From positions 39,318 through 103,317 of the IMG/VR virus record IMGVR_UViG_3300042314_000343: a DNA stretch of 64,000 nt; one strand, given 5' to 3'. The position numbers were made by a program, and so were the translations under genes. Under the pieces are notes generated by a model, which saw only the letters and a program-made list of their open reading frames with translations, was not told the DNA's origin and did not search any database. The stretch is from a virus. Positions 46,211 through 54,913 of this stretch are shown piece after piece; positions within the stretch are counted from its first letter, which is position 1; every line of letters starts with the position of its first letter.

Positions 46211-49200
46211 ATGAGCTACGTTGGACTTCACGTTCACACGCACTACAGTCTTTTTGATGGTATCGCAACTCCACAGGAATATGTGGAACGTGCCAAAGAG
46301 ATTGGCATGCCTGCTATTGCTATTACCGACCACGGATCTCTTTCTGGTCACCGTGAGATGTATCGCATAGCCAAGGAAAATGGCATCAAGCCAATCCTTG
46401 GTATTGAGGGGTACATCACTAAAGACCGTCATGACCATGAAGATAAGAAAGATAAGAACGATCCCCTAGACTTAAACTACAACCACCTAATTATCCTTGC
46501 AAAGAATGCACAGGGCTTAGAGAACCTAAACAAGCTTAACGAGCTAGCCTGGACAGAAGGCTTTTTCAAGAAGCCAAGGATGGACTGGGAGATTCTGACC
46601 AAGTACCGTGAAGGCCTTGTAGTTACTTCTGGATGTCTATCTGGATACTTAGCTAAAGCAATCGAAGCTGACAACTTAGCTGCTGCCAAGATGCACCTCA
46701 CTTGGGCAAAGAAAACTTTTGGGGATGACTATTACATTGAGGTAATGCCACACAACCCAGCAGAGATTAATAAGGTACTACTCCAGCTCGCAGACGAGTT
46801 TGGAATCAAGTCTATTGTAACTCCAGACTGCCACCATGCACACACTGGGCAGAGAGAAATCCAGGAGCTAAAGCTTATCCTTAACTCTTATTCAAATAAG
46901 ACTGTTAAAGATGTTACATACGACAAGTCATGTAAGCACGATAATCTTATGGACCGTCTAGACTATCTATACGGTGCAGACCGTCAAATGACGTTCCGTG
47001 ACTTTGAGATTCACCTACTCTCTGATGAAGAGATGCACAAGGCTATGGAGGCCCAGGGTATCGATCGCCAAGACATTTACGACAATACTGTTGAGGTGTC
47101 TAACAAGATCGAAGATTACGAAATCAAAGACCACCTTGACCTGCTTCCAGTGCAGTATCAAAATCCAAATAAGGAGTTGCGAGAGTTAGCCATTGCAGGG
47201 CTAGAAAAGCGTGGCATTAAGAATGACCAGTACCTAGCTCGCCTAGACGAAGAGCTAGAGGTAATTGAGGCAAAGAACTTTGGACCATACTTCTTGGTGG
47301 TTCGCAATATGATTTCTTGGGCTAAGAAAGAAGGCATCATGGTGGGGCCAGGACGTGGTTCTGCAGCAGGGTCGCTGCTCTGCTATGCTCTGGATATCAC
47401 AGACATTGATCCTATCCAGCACGGACTTCTATTCTTCCGATTCATTAACCCTGAGCGTAATGACTTCCCAGATATCGATACAGACATTCAGGACAACCGT
47501 CGTGAAGAGGTAAAAGACTATCTGGTCCGCCAGTATCGCCACGTAGCCTCCATTGCAACCTTCCTACAGTTTAAGGACAAAGGTGTTGTTCGTGACATTG
47601 CACGAGTACTGATGATCCCTCTGACTGACGTAAACAAGGTCATGAAGGTTGTAGATACTTGGGACGACTACTGTGGCTCTAAGCAGGCTGCATGGTTCCG
47701 TGAGAAGTATCCAGAGGTAGAGAAGTATGGAGAGCAGCTACGTGGTCGTATTCGTGGCACTGGTATTCACGCAGCAGGTGTTGTTACCTCCAAGGAACCA
47801 ATCTTTAAGTTTGCACCGCTAGAGACTAGAACGTCTCCAGGAAGCAAGGAGCGTATTCCTGTGGTGGCGGTAGACATGGAAGAGGCAGAAAAGATTGGCC
47901 TTATTAAGATTGACGCTCTAGGTCTAAAGACGCTATCTGTTATTCAGGACACTCTCAAGATTATTAAAGAAAGAAATGGTGCAGAACCAGATCTTCACGC
48001 CATTGATATGGAAGACAAGAACATTTATCAGATGCTTTCTGATGGATACACAAAGGGTGTATTCCAGTGTGAAGCCACACCGTATACCAATCTGATAGTC
48101 AAGATGGGTGTCAAGAACTTTGCAGAACTTGCAGCCTCTAACGCTCTGGTTCGACCAGGTGCTGCTAACACTATTGGTAAAGACTACATTGCACGTAAGC
48201 ACGGTAAGCAGAACATCTCCTACCACCACCAGGTGATGAAGGCGTTCACCGCTGAGACCTACGGATGTATTCTATATCAGGAACAGGTTATGCAGGCTTG
48301 TACAGAGCTTGGCGGTATGACAATGGCTGAGGCTGACAAGGTTCGTAAGATCATTGGTAAGAAGAAGGATGCCAAGGAGTTTGACCAGTTTAAGGACAGG
48401 TTCGTAAAGGGTGCATCTAACTTTATTCGCCCAGAGGTAGCAGAAGAGCTGTGGCACGACTTTGAGGCACACGCAGGGTACTCATTTAACAAGTCTCACG
48501 CTGTAGCATACTCAACACTGTCATACTGGACTGCCTGGCTAAAGTATTACTACCCAATTGAGTTTATGTACTCTATTCTAAAGAATGAGGGCGACAAGGA
48601 TGCTCGCACTGAGTATCTTATTGAAGCCAAGCGTATGAATATTCCTATTCGCTTGCCACACATCAATGACTCAGATGCTGACTTTAAGATTGAGGGCAAG
48701 GGTATTCGATTTGGTCTAAGCTCAATCAAGTACATTAGCGATAACATTGCTGGCAAGTACTTGGCGAGGAGACCATTCAAGTCCTACAAGGAGCTGGAAG
48801 AGTTTACGCTTCAAAAGAATAGCGGAGTAAACTCTCGTGCCCTACAGGCCCTCAGACTCACTGGTGCAGCAACCTTTGACGATAACCCTAGAAACGATGA
48901 GGATGTTCGACAGAACCTGTACGAGTACCTAAACTTGCCAGAGTTCAATGTATCTATTCCACCACACTACTACGCATTTATAAATGAGGTAGATGAGTTT
49001 GAGGAAAAAGGATCATTTGTTTTGCTGGGAATGGTTAAGAACATCAAGAGAGGCACTGGCTGGTCACGTGTAGAAATTCTAGACAAGACTGGTAGTGTTG
49101 GAATCTTTGACGATGAGCAGACTGCAATTGAGCCAGGAAAGACTTATCTTATTCTTGCAAGTGACAACAGAATTGTTTCGGCAATCCCGTCTGACGAGAT

Positions 49201-49486
49201 CAAGAACTCGGACTCTGCATTGGTAAAGTTCCTAGGGTATCGTCAGCTACCATTCAAGGATGAAGAGATGTTTGTCGTAGCGTTTAAGCCACGAGTAACA
49301 AAGACTGGAAAGAAGATGGCATACCTAACTCTTGCGGATACTAACAGAGAGCTTCACCCAGTCACAGTCTTTCCAACATCGTTTTCAAAAGCATACATGA
49401 AGATTGATGAAGGTAAAGCATATAAGTTTAGTTTTGGAAAAACTAAGGATGGAACGGTAATTATGGAGGATGTAGAAAATGTCTAA
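46211..49486 (+). CDS. dnaE: DNA polymerase III alpha subunit
   Basis: LHVHTHYSL.DG, ITDHG (PHP); GPGRGSAAGSL, PDIDTD, HAAGVV, KIDALGL, YSFNKSHA. Confidence 0.97.
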   Translation: MSYVGLHVHTHYSLFDGIATPQEYVERAKEIGMPAIAITDHGSLSGHREMYRIAKENGIKPILGIEGYITKDRHDHEDKKDKNDPLDLNYNHLIILAKNAQGLENLNKLNELAWTEGFFKKPRMDWEILTKYREGLVVTSGCLSGYLAKAIEADNLAAAKMHLTWAKKTFGDDYYIEVMPHNPAEINKVLLQLADEFGIKSIVTPDCHHAHTGQREIQELKLILNSYSNKTVKDVTYDKSCKHDNLMDRLDYLYGADRQMTFRDFEIHLLSDEEMHKAMEAQGIDRQDIYDNTVEVSNKIEDYEIKDHLDLLPVQYQNPNKELRELAIAGLEKRGIKNDQYLARLDEELEVIEAKNFGPYFLVVRNMISWAKKEGIMVGPGRGSAAGSLLCYALDITDIDPIQHGLLFFRFINPERNDFPDIDTDIQDNRREEVKDYLVRQYRHVASIATFLQFKDKGVVRDIARVLMIPLTDVNKVMKVVDTWDDYCGSKQAAWFREKYPEVEKYGEQLRGRIRGTGIHAAGVVTSKEPIFKFAPLETRTSPGSKERIPVVAVDMEEAEKIGLIKIDALGLKTLSVIQDTLKIIKERNGAEPDLHAIDMEDKNIYQMLSDGYTKGVFQCEATPYTNLIVKMGVKNFAELAASNALVRPGAANTIGKDYIARKHGKQNISYHHQVMKAFTAETYGCILYQEQVMQACTELGGMTMAEADKVRKIIGKKKDAKEFDQFKDRFVKGASNFIRPEVAEELWHDFEAHAGYSFNKSHAVAYSTLSYWTAWLKYYYPIEFMYSILKNEGDKDARTEYLIEAKRMNIPIRLPHINDSDADFKIEGKGIRFGLSSIKYISDNIAGKYLARRPFKSYKELEEFTLQKNSGVNSRALQALRLTGAATFDDNPRNDEDVRQNLYEYLNLPEFNVSIPPHYYAFINEVDEFEEKGSFVLLGMVKNIKRGTGWSRVEILDKTGSVGIFDDEQTAIEPGKTYLILASDNRIVSAIPSDEIKNSDSALVKFLGYRQLPFKDEEMFVVAFKPRVTKTGKKMAYLTLADTNRELHPVTVFPTSFSKAYMKIDEGKAYKFSFGKTKDGTVIMEDVENV

Positions 49487-49724
49487 CGAATCAGTATTGA
49501 TTTATGTAAAGCCACAGTGTGTGCAGTGCGACCAGACAAAAAGACTTTTGGATAGAGAGGGCATTGAGTATTCAACTATTGACATTACTCAGGATGCCGA
49601 AGCTCTTGAAAAGGTCTTGGCCTTGGGATTCAAGTCAGCACCAGTAGTGGTAACAGAAGAAGAGTCTTGGGCTGGTTTTAACCCAGCAAAGATTAACAGT
49701 CTTGTAGAGAGGAGCAAACAATGA
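49479..49724 (+). CDS. nrdH: Glutaredoxin-like NrdH
   Basis: Y.KP.CVQC..TK, APVV, WAGF.P. Confidence 0.92.
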   Translation: MSNESVLIYVKPQCVQCDQTKRLLDREGIEYSTIDITQDAEALEKVLALGFKSAPVVVTEEESWAGFNPAKINSLVERSKQ

Positions 49725-50731
49725 CAACAATAGAAGAAGCACTAGCACTACTTGATCCAAAGATCAGAAAGCGTTTGGCAACAGGCGTAGGAATTAAAAC
49801 AGAGTTTCAGCCTACCCCAAGTCCAGGTCTAAATCGTGCATTAGGCGGAGGATTCCCGTACGGAAGACAAGTCCTTTTGTGGGGAAGTAAGTCAAGTGCA
49901 AAGTCTTCGCTATGTTTGCAGACGATTGCCCTTGCTCAGAAAGAGGGCAAGCTATGTGCATGGATTGACGCAGAGATGTCATACGATGAGGAGTGGGCCA
50001 CTAGCCTTGGCGTAGATACAAGCCAGCTAATCTACTCTGAAGCCAGGAGCATTAACGACATGGTTGATGTTGGCGTTGCACTGCTACACGCAGGTGTGGA
50101 CGTAATCGTGATAGACAGTATTAGCTCACTACTACCAGCGGTATACTTTGAGAAGGACTCTGACGAACTAAAGGCACTAGACCAGACCAAGCAGATTGGT
50201 GCAGAGTCCAAGGACCTAAAGCATGCATGGCTAATGCTTAACTACGCAAACAATCGTGAGAAGCCTGCATTGATTATTGCAATTTCTCAAGCACGAAACA
50301 ATATCCAAGCTACATATACTCAGTCAGCACCAACTGGGGGCTTGACTACGCAGTTTATGTCGTCTACAATTGTTAAGTTGTTCTCATCAAGCTCAGATTC
50401 TCAAGCCATCAAGGGCAAGGTCAAGGTTGGCGACAAGATTATTGAGCAGAAGGTTGGACGCAAGGTTCGTTGGGAAGTTCTAAACTCTAAGACATCCGCA
50501 CCAGGAGACAGTGCTGAATACGACTTCTACTACAGGGGTGACTACATCGGCATTGATTCAGTTGGAGACCTGGTTGACACTGCAGAAATGCTAGGGCTGG
50601 TTTCTCGTACTGGTGCCTGGTATCAGCTAGAGGATGGCACCAAGCTGCAAGGAAGAGATGCATTTGTATCAAAGGTGAGAGAAGATCTAGAGCTACAGGA
50701 ATCAATTAGAAAGAAGTTGATGGATGTCTAA
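49721..50731 (+). CDS. recA: RecA/UvsX-like recombinase
   Basis: LN.ALGGG.P.GR, GSKSSAKS, WIDAE, IVIDSI, ISQ.R, GAWY. Confidence 0.9.
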   Translation: MTTIEEALALLDPKIRKRLATGVGIKTEFQPTPSPGLNRALGGGFPYGRQVLLWGSKSSAKSSLCLQTIALAQKEGKLCAWIDAEMSYDEEWATSLGVDTSQLIYSEARSINDMVDVGVALLHAGVDVIVIDSISSLLPAVYFEKDSDELKALDQTKQIGAESKDLKHAWLMLNYANNREKPALIIAISQARNNIQATYTQSAPTGGLTTQFMSSTIVKLFSSSSDSQAIKGKVKVGDKIIEQKVGRKVRWEVLNSKTSAPGDSAEYDFYYRGDYIGIDSVGDLVDTAEMLGLVSRTGAWYQLEDGTKLQGRDAFVSKVREDLELQESIRKKLMDV

Positions 50732-50900
50732 GTATACCGTTTACTCTGGAAAGTTTCCTTGCCACACTTGTAAAGAAGTTGTGCTATCTCTAAGGCTTTA
50801 TAGTGCTGATAAAAATCTTACTTGGCTTTGTTCTCAGGGTCACATGAGCACGGTATCGCTTGTAACAAAGAAGAAGAAGGACTATGAGCGAGAGAAGTGA
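50724..50900 (+). CDS. 58-aa putative zinc-binding protein; not in ORF track
   Basis: MSKYTVYSGKFPCHTC...W.CSQGH; overlaps both neighbours. Confidence 0.65.
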   Translation: MSKYTVYSGKFPCHTCKEVVLSLRLYSADKNLTWLCSQGHMSTVSLVTKKKKDYEREK

Positions 50901-51165
50901 GTCTAAGAGAATTGGTGCCAAGCAGATAAAGAATAGCGGAAGAGGCACCAAGAAGGGCGATGCAACCTGGAACAACTTCACTGTTGATTTTAAGGAGTAT
51001 CCAAAAGGCTTTACCATCAACCAGGATTCCTGGGCAAAAGCAGTAACAGATGCAATGAAAAACAAAAATGACCCAGCAATCATCGTGGTTCTGGGAGAAG
51101 GAAATATAAAGACTAGACTTGCAATAATAGAGCTATCTCTACTAGAGCAACTAATTGAGGAATAA
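50884..51165 (+). CDS. Small PD-(D/E)xK nuclease, Holliday junction resolvase-like
   Basis: NSGRG..KGD......VDFKE motif. Confidence 0.6.
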   Translation: MSERSESKRIGAKQIKNSGRGTKKGDATWNNFTVDFKEYPKGFTINQDSWAKAVTDAMKNKNDPAIIVVLGEGNIKTRLAIIELSLLEQLIEE

Positions 51166-51167
51166 TT

Positions 51168-51794
51168 ATGAAAATACTACTACTAGATATTGAAACAACT
51201 CCAATGCAGGTATATGCTTGGGGACTATGGGACCAGAACATTAGTATTGACCAGATCATTAAGAGTACTGAGATGCTTTGTTTTGGTGCACGATGGCTAG
51301 GGGAGAAGAAGGTTATCTTCAAGTCTGTCCACCACGATGGCAAGCAGGCCATGCTAGAAGAGCTACACAAGCTTATGAGCGAGGCAGATCTTCTTGTCGG
51401 ATGGAACTCAGCAGCGTTTGACCACAAGCACATTAACCGTGAGTTCTTGGAGAATGGAATGACACCACCGTCACCAGTCAAGGACCTTGACCTTATGAGT
51501 GTTACAAAGGCAAACTTCCTGTTCCCATCGAACAAGCTTGACTATGTCGCCCAAAAGCTTGGTGTTGGTGCCAAGGTAAAGCACTCTGGATTCAGCCTCT
51601 GGATTAAGTGCATGGATGGCGACGAGAAGGCATGGGCAGAGATGAAGAAGTATCAGATCCAGGACGTAAACCTTCTTGTTGATCTATACGAAAAGCTGCT
51701 GCCTTGGTTTGTTGGTGCTGGACGAGCAACTGCAAAAGAAAAGCAGGCGATTTCTTCAACAGAGACTATCGTAGACACGGAAGCCGTGGTATAA
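51168..51794 (+). CDS. DEDDy 3'-5' exonuclease (RNase H-like)
   Basis: LLDIET, GWNS..FD, Y..QDV. Confidence 0.85.
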   Translation: MKILLLDIETTPMQVYAWGLWDQNISIDQIIKSTEMLCFGARWLGEKKVIFKSVHHDGKQAMLEELHKLMSEADLLVGWNSAAFDHKHINREFLENGMTPPSPVKDLDLMSVTKANFLFPSNKLDYVAQKLGVGAKVKHSGFSLWIKCMDGDEKAWAEMKKYQIQDVNLLVDLYEKLLPWFVGAGRATAKEKQAISSTETIVDTEAVV

Positions 51795-51801
51795 TTAAAC
51801 G

Positions 51802-52119
51802 ATGGAACAATCAACAAAAACAGACAAGACAACTATTGAAATGATTAATGGTCTAGCAGAGATTGCAGACTTTATGGAAGACGAAGAGCTTACTCAGGCA
51901 CTAACCTTTATTGCCAAGCTAATCGTTAGACCAGACATTCCAATTAACGTTGCAACTGTGGAGATCGTTCGTCTACAGGCAATCGCAGCCAAGATGGCAT
52001 TCAAGGCCACTTGGATGGTAAACGTTGAAAAAGGGAATCGGGAGAAGAAGAACATTTACTTCACTGCACATGAGGCTATTTCAGATCTTGTGTCAGCACT
52101 AAAGTACATCGTTCGATAA
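51802..52119 (+). CDS. Hypothetical helical protein
   Basis: Leaderless: TGGTATAAT 51787-51795, 6 nt before ATG. Confidence 0.65.
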   Translation: MEQSTKTDKTTIEMINGLAEIADFMEDEELTQALTFIAKLIVRPDIPINVATVEIVRLQAIAAKMAFKATWMVNVEKGNREKKNIYFTAHEAISDLVSALKYIVR

Positions 52120-52126
52120 ATATATT

Positions 52127-52936
52127 ATGGCAAAAAACTTTTTAAAGCAAGTGATGGAAAAGGCAGAAAACAGCTATGCAGCAGTCAAGCCTTCTTTTAT
52201 TGACCGTGACGCACTGATTCAGAAGATTAACTCTGGCTATACTGTTAATCGTGTGGACAAGTTTACTCAAAAGAAAACATTTGCTCCAAGTACAATTGCC
52301 TTCTCTCACGGAGAATGCCCAAGATACTGGTATCTAGCCTTTGAGGGTGCAACATTCTCTGACAACGCAGATGCTTATGGTGCTGCTAATATGACTGCTG
52401 GGACAAAGTCCCACGAGCGTATTCAGGAAGCCATGGGTAATGTTCCAGGATTCCTGGTTGACTCTGAGTTTAAGATTACATACAGCGATCCACCAATCTT
52501 TGGTTTCGGTGACGTAATGCTTAACTGGGACGACCAGGAACTCCTTGGAGAAATCAAGACCATGCCTCACGAGGCATTTGAATATCGTAAGATTTCAGGT
52601 AGGCCAAAGGCTGGGCACTTAGTGCAGATTTTGATTTACATGAAGATTCTAAACAAGGGCAAGTCAGTCCTTATTTATGAAAACAAGAACAACCATGAGC
52701 TCTTAATATTTCCAATTGAAATAAATGAGTACATGTATAAGTGGGTAGAGAACGCATTTGAGTGGATGAGACAGGTTCGGGCAGCTTGGGAGAACAAGAC
52801 TTTGCCTACCAAGAACTATCGGTCTAACTCAAAGATTTGTAAGACGTGTCCGATTCGTGACGCTTGCGACAAAGCTGGATCTGGAGAGATAAAACTTAAC
52901 TCTTTGGAGACACTAGATGAAAAACAAGCGATGTAA
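52127..52936 (+). CDS. Cas4-like PD-(D/E)xK exonuclease
   Basis: CPRYW, GT..HE, G..D, EIKT, Q..IY, C-terminal CxxCP....C (four-Cys Fe-S pattern). Confidence 0.85.
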   Translation: MAKNFLKQVMEKAENSYAAVKPSFIDRDALIQKINSGYTVNRVDKFTQKKTFAPSTIAFSHGECPRYWYLAFEGATFSDNADAYGAANMTAGTKSHERIQEAMGNVPGFLVDSEFKITYSDPPIFGFGDVMLNWDDQELLGEIKTMPHEAFEYRKISGRPKAGHLVQILIYMKILNKGKSVLIYENKNNHELLIFPIEINEYMYKWVENAFEWMRQVRAAWENKTLPTKNYRSNSKICKTCPIRDACDKAGSGEIKLNSLETLDEKQAM

Positions 52937-53204
52937 TCACTGCGACGTAGTATTCCTGCCAGCAGTTTCCTACCAAGTTTACTGCTCACCAAATTGCCGT
53001 GAGCTGGCAACAAGGGAAAAAATTTCAGAGCGGTATCAGGTAACAAGGCGTAGTAAAAGAGCTGGCAAGATTAGGAAGTGTAGATCTTGTCAGTCAAGTC
53101 TCTCCATATACAATGACGAAGTACTTTGTCAGAACTGCATAGTTGATCCTAAAGAAGTTAAGCAAGCATTGAAAGAATTACGGGAGCTGTCAAATGACGA
53201 ATAG
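52917..53204 (+). CDS. Putative zinc-binding protein
   Basis: Eight Cys: CxxC, YCSxxC, CxxC, CxxC. Confidence 0.65.
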   Translation: MKNKRCNHCDVVFLPAVSYQVYCSPNCRELATREKISERYQVTRRSKRAGKIRKCRSCQSSLSIYNDEVLCQNCIVDPKEVKQALKELRELSNDE

Positions 53205-53784
53205 CTTATTCCTAGTCAATCAGCCTAAAAACATCCTAGCCATTGACGCCAGCACAAACAGCCTGGCTTTTGCCCTGTTTTCTGGAATTGAGCTAAAGAC
53301 TTTTGGAAAGATAAAGTTTGAGGGTTCAACCGTTTACCAAAGGGTTGGGGATGCAGCAAGGAAGACCCTACCATTCATGAAAAACTTTGATGTAGATGCC
53401 ATTGTTATTGAGCACACTGTTTTTATAAATAGTCCAAAGACGGCGTCTGACCTAGCCTTGGTGCAGGGCGGACTACTGGGGGCAGCAGCATTAGCTGGAA
53501 TCACAACTGCTGGATCAATTAATCCAATTACTTGGCAGAGCTTCATAAACAACAATAAGCTTACAACAAAGGAAAAGCAGGATCTGATGACTGACTTCCC
53601 AGGTAAGTCTAAGAATTGGTACCAGAACAAGTCTCGTGAGATCCGTAAGCAAAGAACCATTAAGTTTGTTAATGTATACTATGATAAAGAGGTTACGGAT
53701 GATGACGTCGCAGATGCAATTGGCATTGGTCACTACGCAACCCACAACTGGCAGAAGATTGACAGATCAGGGGTATCATGGTAA
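53194..53784 (+). CDS. RuvC-like Holliday junction resolvase
   Basis: ILAIDAST, IVIE, P..W, DD.ADAI.I. Confidence 0.8.
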   Translation: MTNSLFLVNQPKNILAIDASTNSLAFALFSGIELKTFGKIKFEGSTVYQRVGDAARKTLPFMKNFDVDAIVIEHTVFINSPKTASDLALVQGGLLGAAALAGITTAGSINPITWQSFINNNKLTTKEKQDLMTDFPGKSKNWYQNKSREIRKQRTIKFVNVYYDKEVTDDDVADAIGIGHYATHNWQKIDRSGVSW

Positions 53785-53787
53785 AAT
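53759..53787 (+). promoter_or_regulatory. -35/-10 promoter in resolvase 3' end
   Basis: TTGACA-17bp-TAAAAT with extended TG. Confidence 0.65.
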
Positions 53788-53930
53788 TGTATACAAGTGA
53801 GCTATGGCTCAAGAAGCGTTACGTGTTTGACAAGAGAACTCCAGAGCAGATTGCTAAAGAGTGTGGAGTTAGCATAGAGACTATCTATGTCTATCTTGCT
53901 AAGTTCGGTCTAAGAAAGTCCAGGCGATGA
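53778..53930 (+). CDS. 50-aa helix-turn-helix protein; not in ORF track
   Basis: WLKKRY....RTPEQIAKECGVSIETIYVYLAKFGL. Confidence 0.75.
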   Translation: MVKLYTSELWLKKRYVFDKRTPEQIAKECGVSIETIYVYLAKFGLRKSRR

Positions 53931-54094
53931 GATATCTAAAACATTTTTATAAAAAGGGCATTGGCCTGATTAAGTCAGTGACCTGCAGGCATAATAAGAC
54001 TAGAGAGTCCGCTTGCCCATACACAGGAATTACCTATACAATTTGCACAGAATGTAGTAAACTTATTTCAGGAAGAAACACGGAGAATAGCTAA
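53927..54094 (+). CDS. 55-aa putative zinc-binding protein; not in ORF track
   Basis: ATGA and TAATG overlaps; C.H...CPYTG.TY..C..C. Confidence 0.6.
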   Translation: MRYLKHFYKKGIGLIKSVTCRHNKTRESACPYTGITYTICTECSKLISGRNTENS

Positions 54095-54387
54095 TGGCTC
54101 GTAAACCAAAGTATGTAATGTCAGAGATGGCAAAGAAGTTTTCAAGAGAACAGTCCGTTATGCTTGATGGATTCGAGATTAAGCAGGGGGACTACTTTAA
54201 GGTTCGTGGAGAACACGGTGGCAAGTTTAAGTTTCACTCATTCGTAACCAATACAGATACTGGTGCTCAGTGGGTGGACTGCTTTGAGGTTATGTCTGGT
54301 ATGACATCTGTGTTCAGGTCATTCAAGACTGAAAGAATTAAGAGAATTCCTAACAAGGGCAGGAGAGCAAAACGTGTCATCGTTTGA
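54094..54387 (+). CDS. Hypothetical protein (small beta-barrel-like)
   Basis: Coupled ORF with SD GGAG. Confidence 0.55.
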   Translation: MARKPKYVMSEMAKKFSREQSVMLDGFEIKQGDYFKVRGEHGGKFKFHSFVTNTDTGAQWVDCFEVMSGMTSVFRSFKTERIKRIPNKGRRAKRVIV

Positions 54388-54913
54388 GGACTTAACAGTA
54401 GATCACCTTGATGAAGTAAACAAGGTTGTAGAAAAGTATTTGGCAGGAAACGAGCCTACACAAATCTCTAAAGAGCTGGCTATGCCTCGTCAAAAGGTTA
54501 TTGCATATATCAATGAGTGGCGAGTCATGGCTGCAGATAATGCTGCCATCCGTGCTCGTGCCAAGGAGGCTCTAGTTGGTGCAGACACTCACTACTCAAA
54601 GCTTATCCAAAAGGCATACGAGGTAATTGATGATGCAACCACCACAGCAAACCTGACTGCAAAGACTTCTGGCATTAAGCTAGTCATGGACCTTGAGTCC
54701 AAGCGTATTGACATGCTGCAGAAAGCAGGACTTCTTGAGAACAAGGAGCTTGCAGAAGAAATGGTTGAGATTGAGCGTAGGCAGGATATTTTGAAGGGCA
54801 TCCTTCAGGACATTGCTGCAGAGCACCCAGAGATTAGAGACAAGATTATGAGAAGGCTCTCTGATGTCGCTAGAGGACAGGAAGTCCTGACAGTGGTGCA
54901 CACAGATGTTTGA
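54374..54913 (+). CDS. Putative terminase small subunit
   Basis: N-terminal HTH (YLAG..P.QISKEL), helical, overlaps terL start. Confidence 0.65.
   Translation: MSSFEDLTVDHLDEVNKVVEKYLAGNEPTQISKELAMPRQKVIAYINEWRVMAADNAAIRARAKEALVGADTHYSKLIQKAYEVIDDATTTANLTAKTSGIKLVMDLESKRIDMLQKAGLLENKELAEEMVEIERRQDILKGILQDIAAEHPEIRDKIMRRLSDVARGQEVLTVVHTDV

Noticed and set aside
52127-52936. CRISPR-Cas locus
   Set aside because: Stand-alone Cas4-like nuclease among recombination genes; no repeat-spacer array or other cas genes
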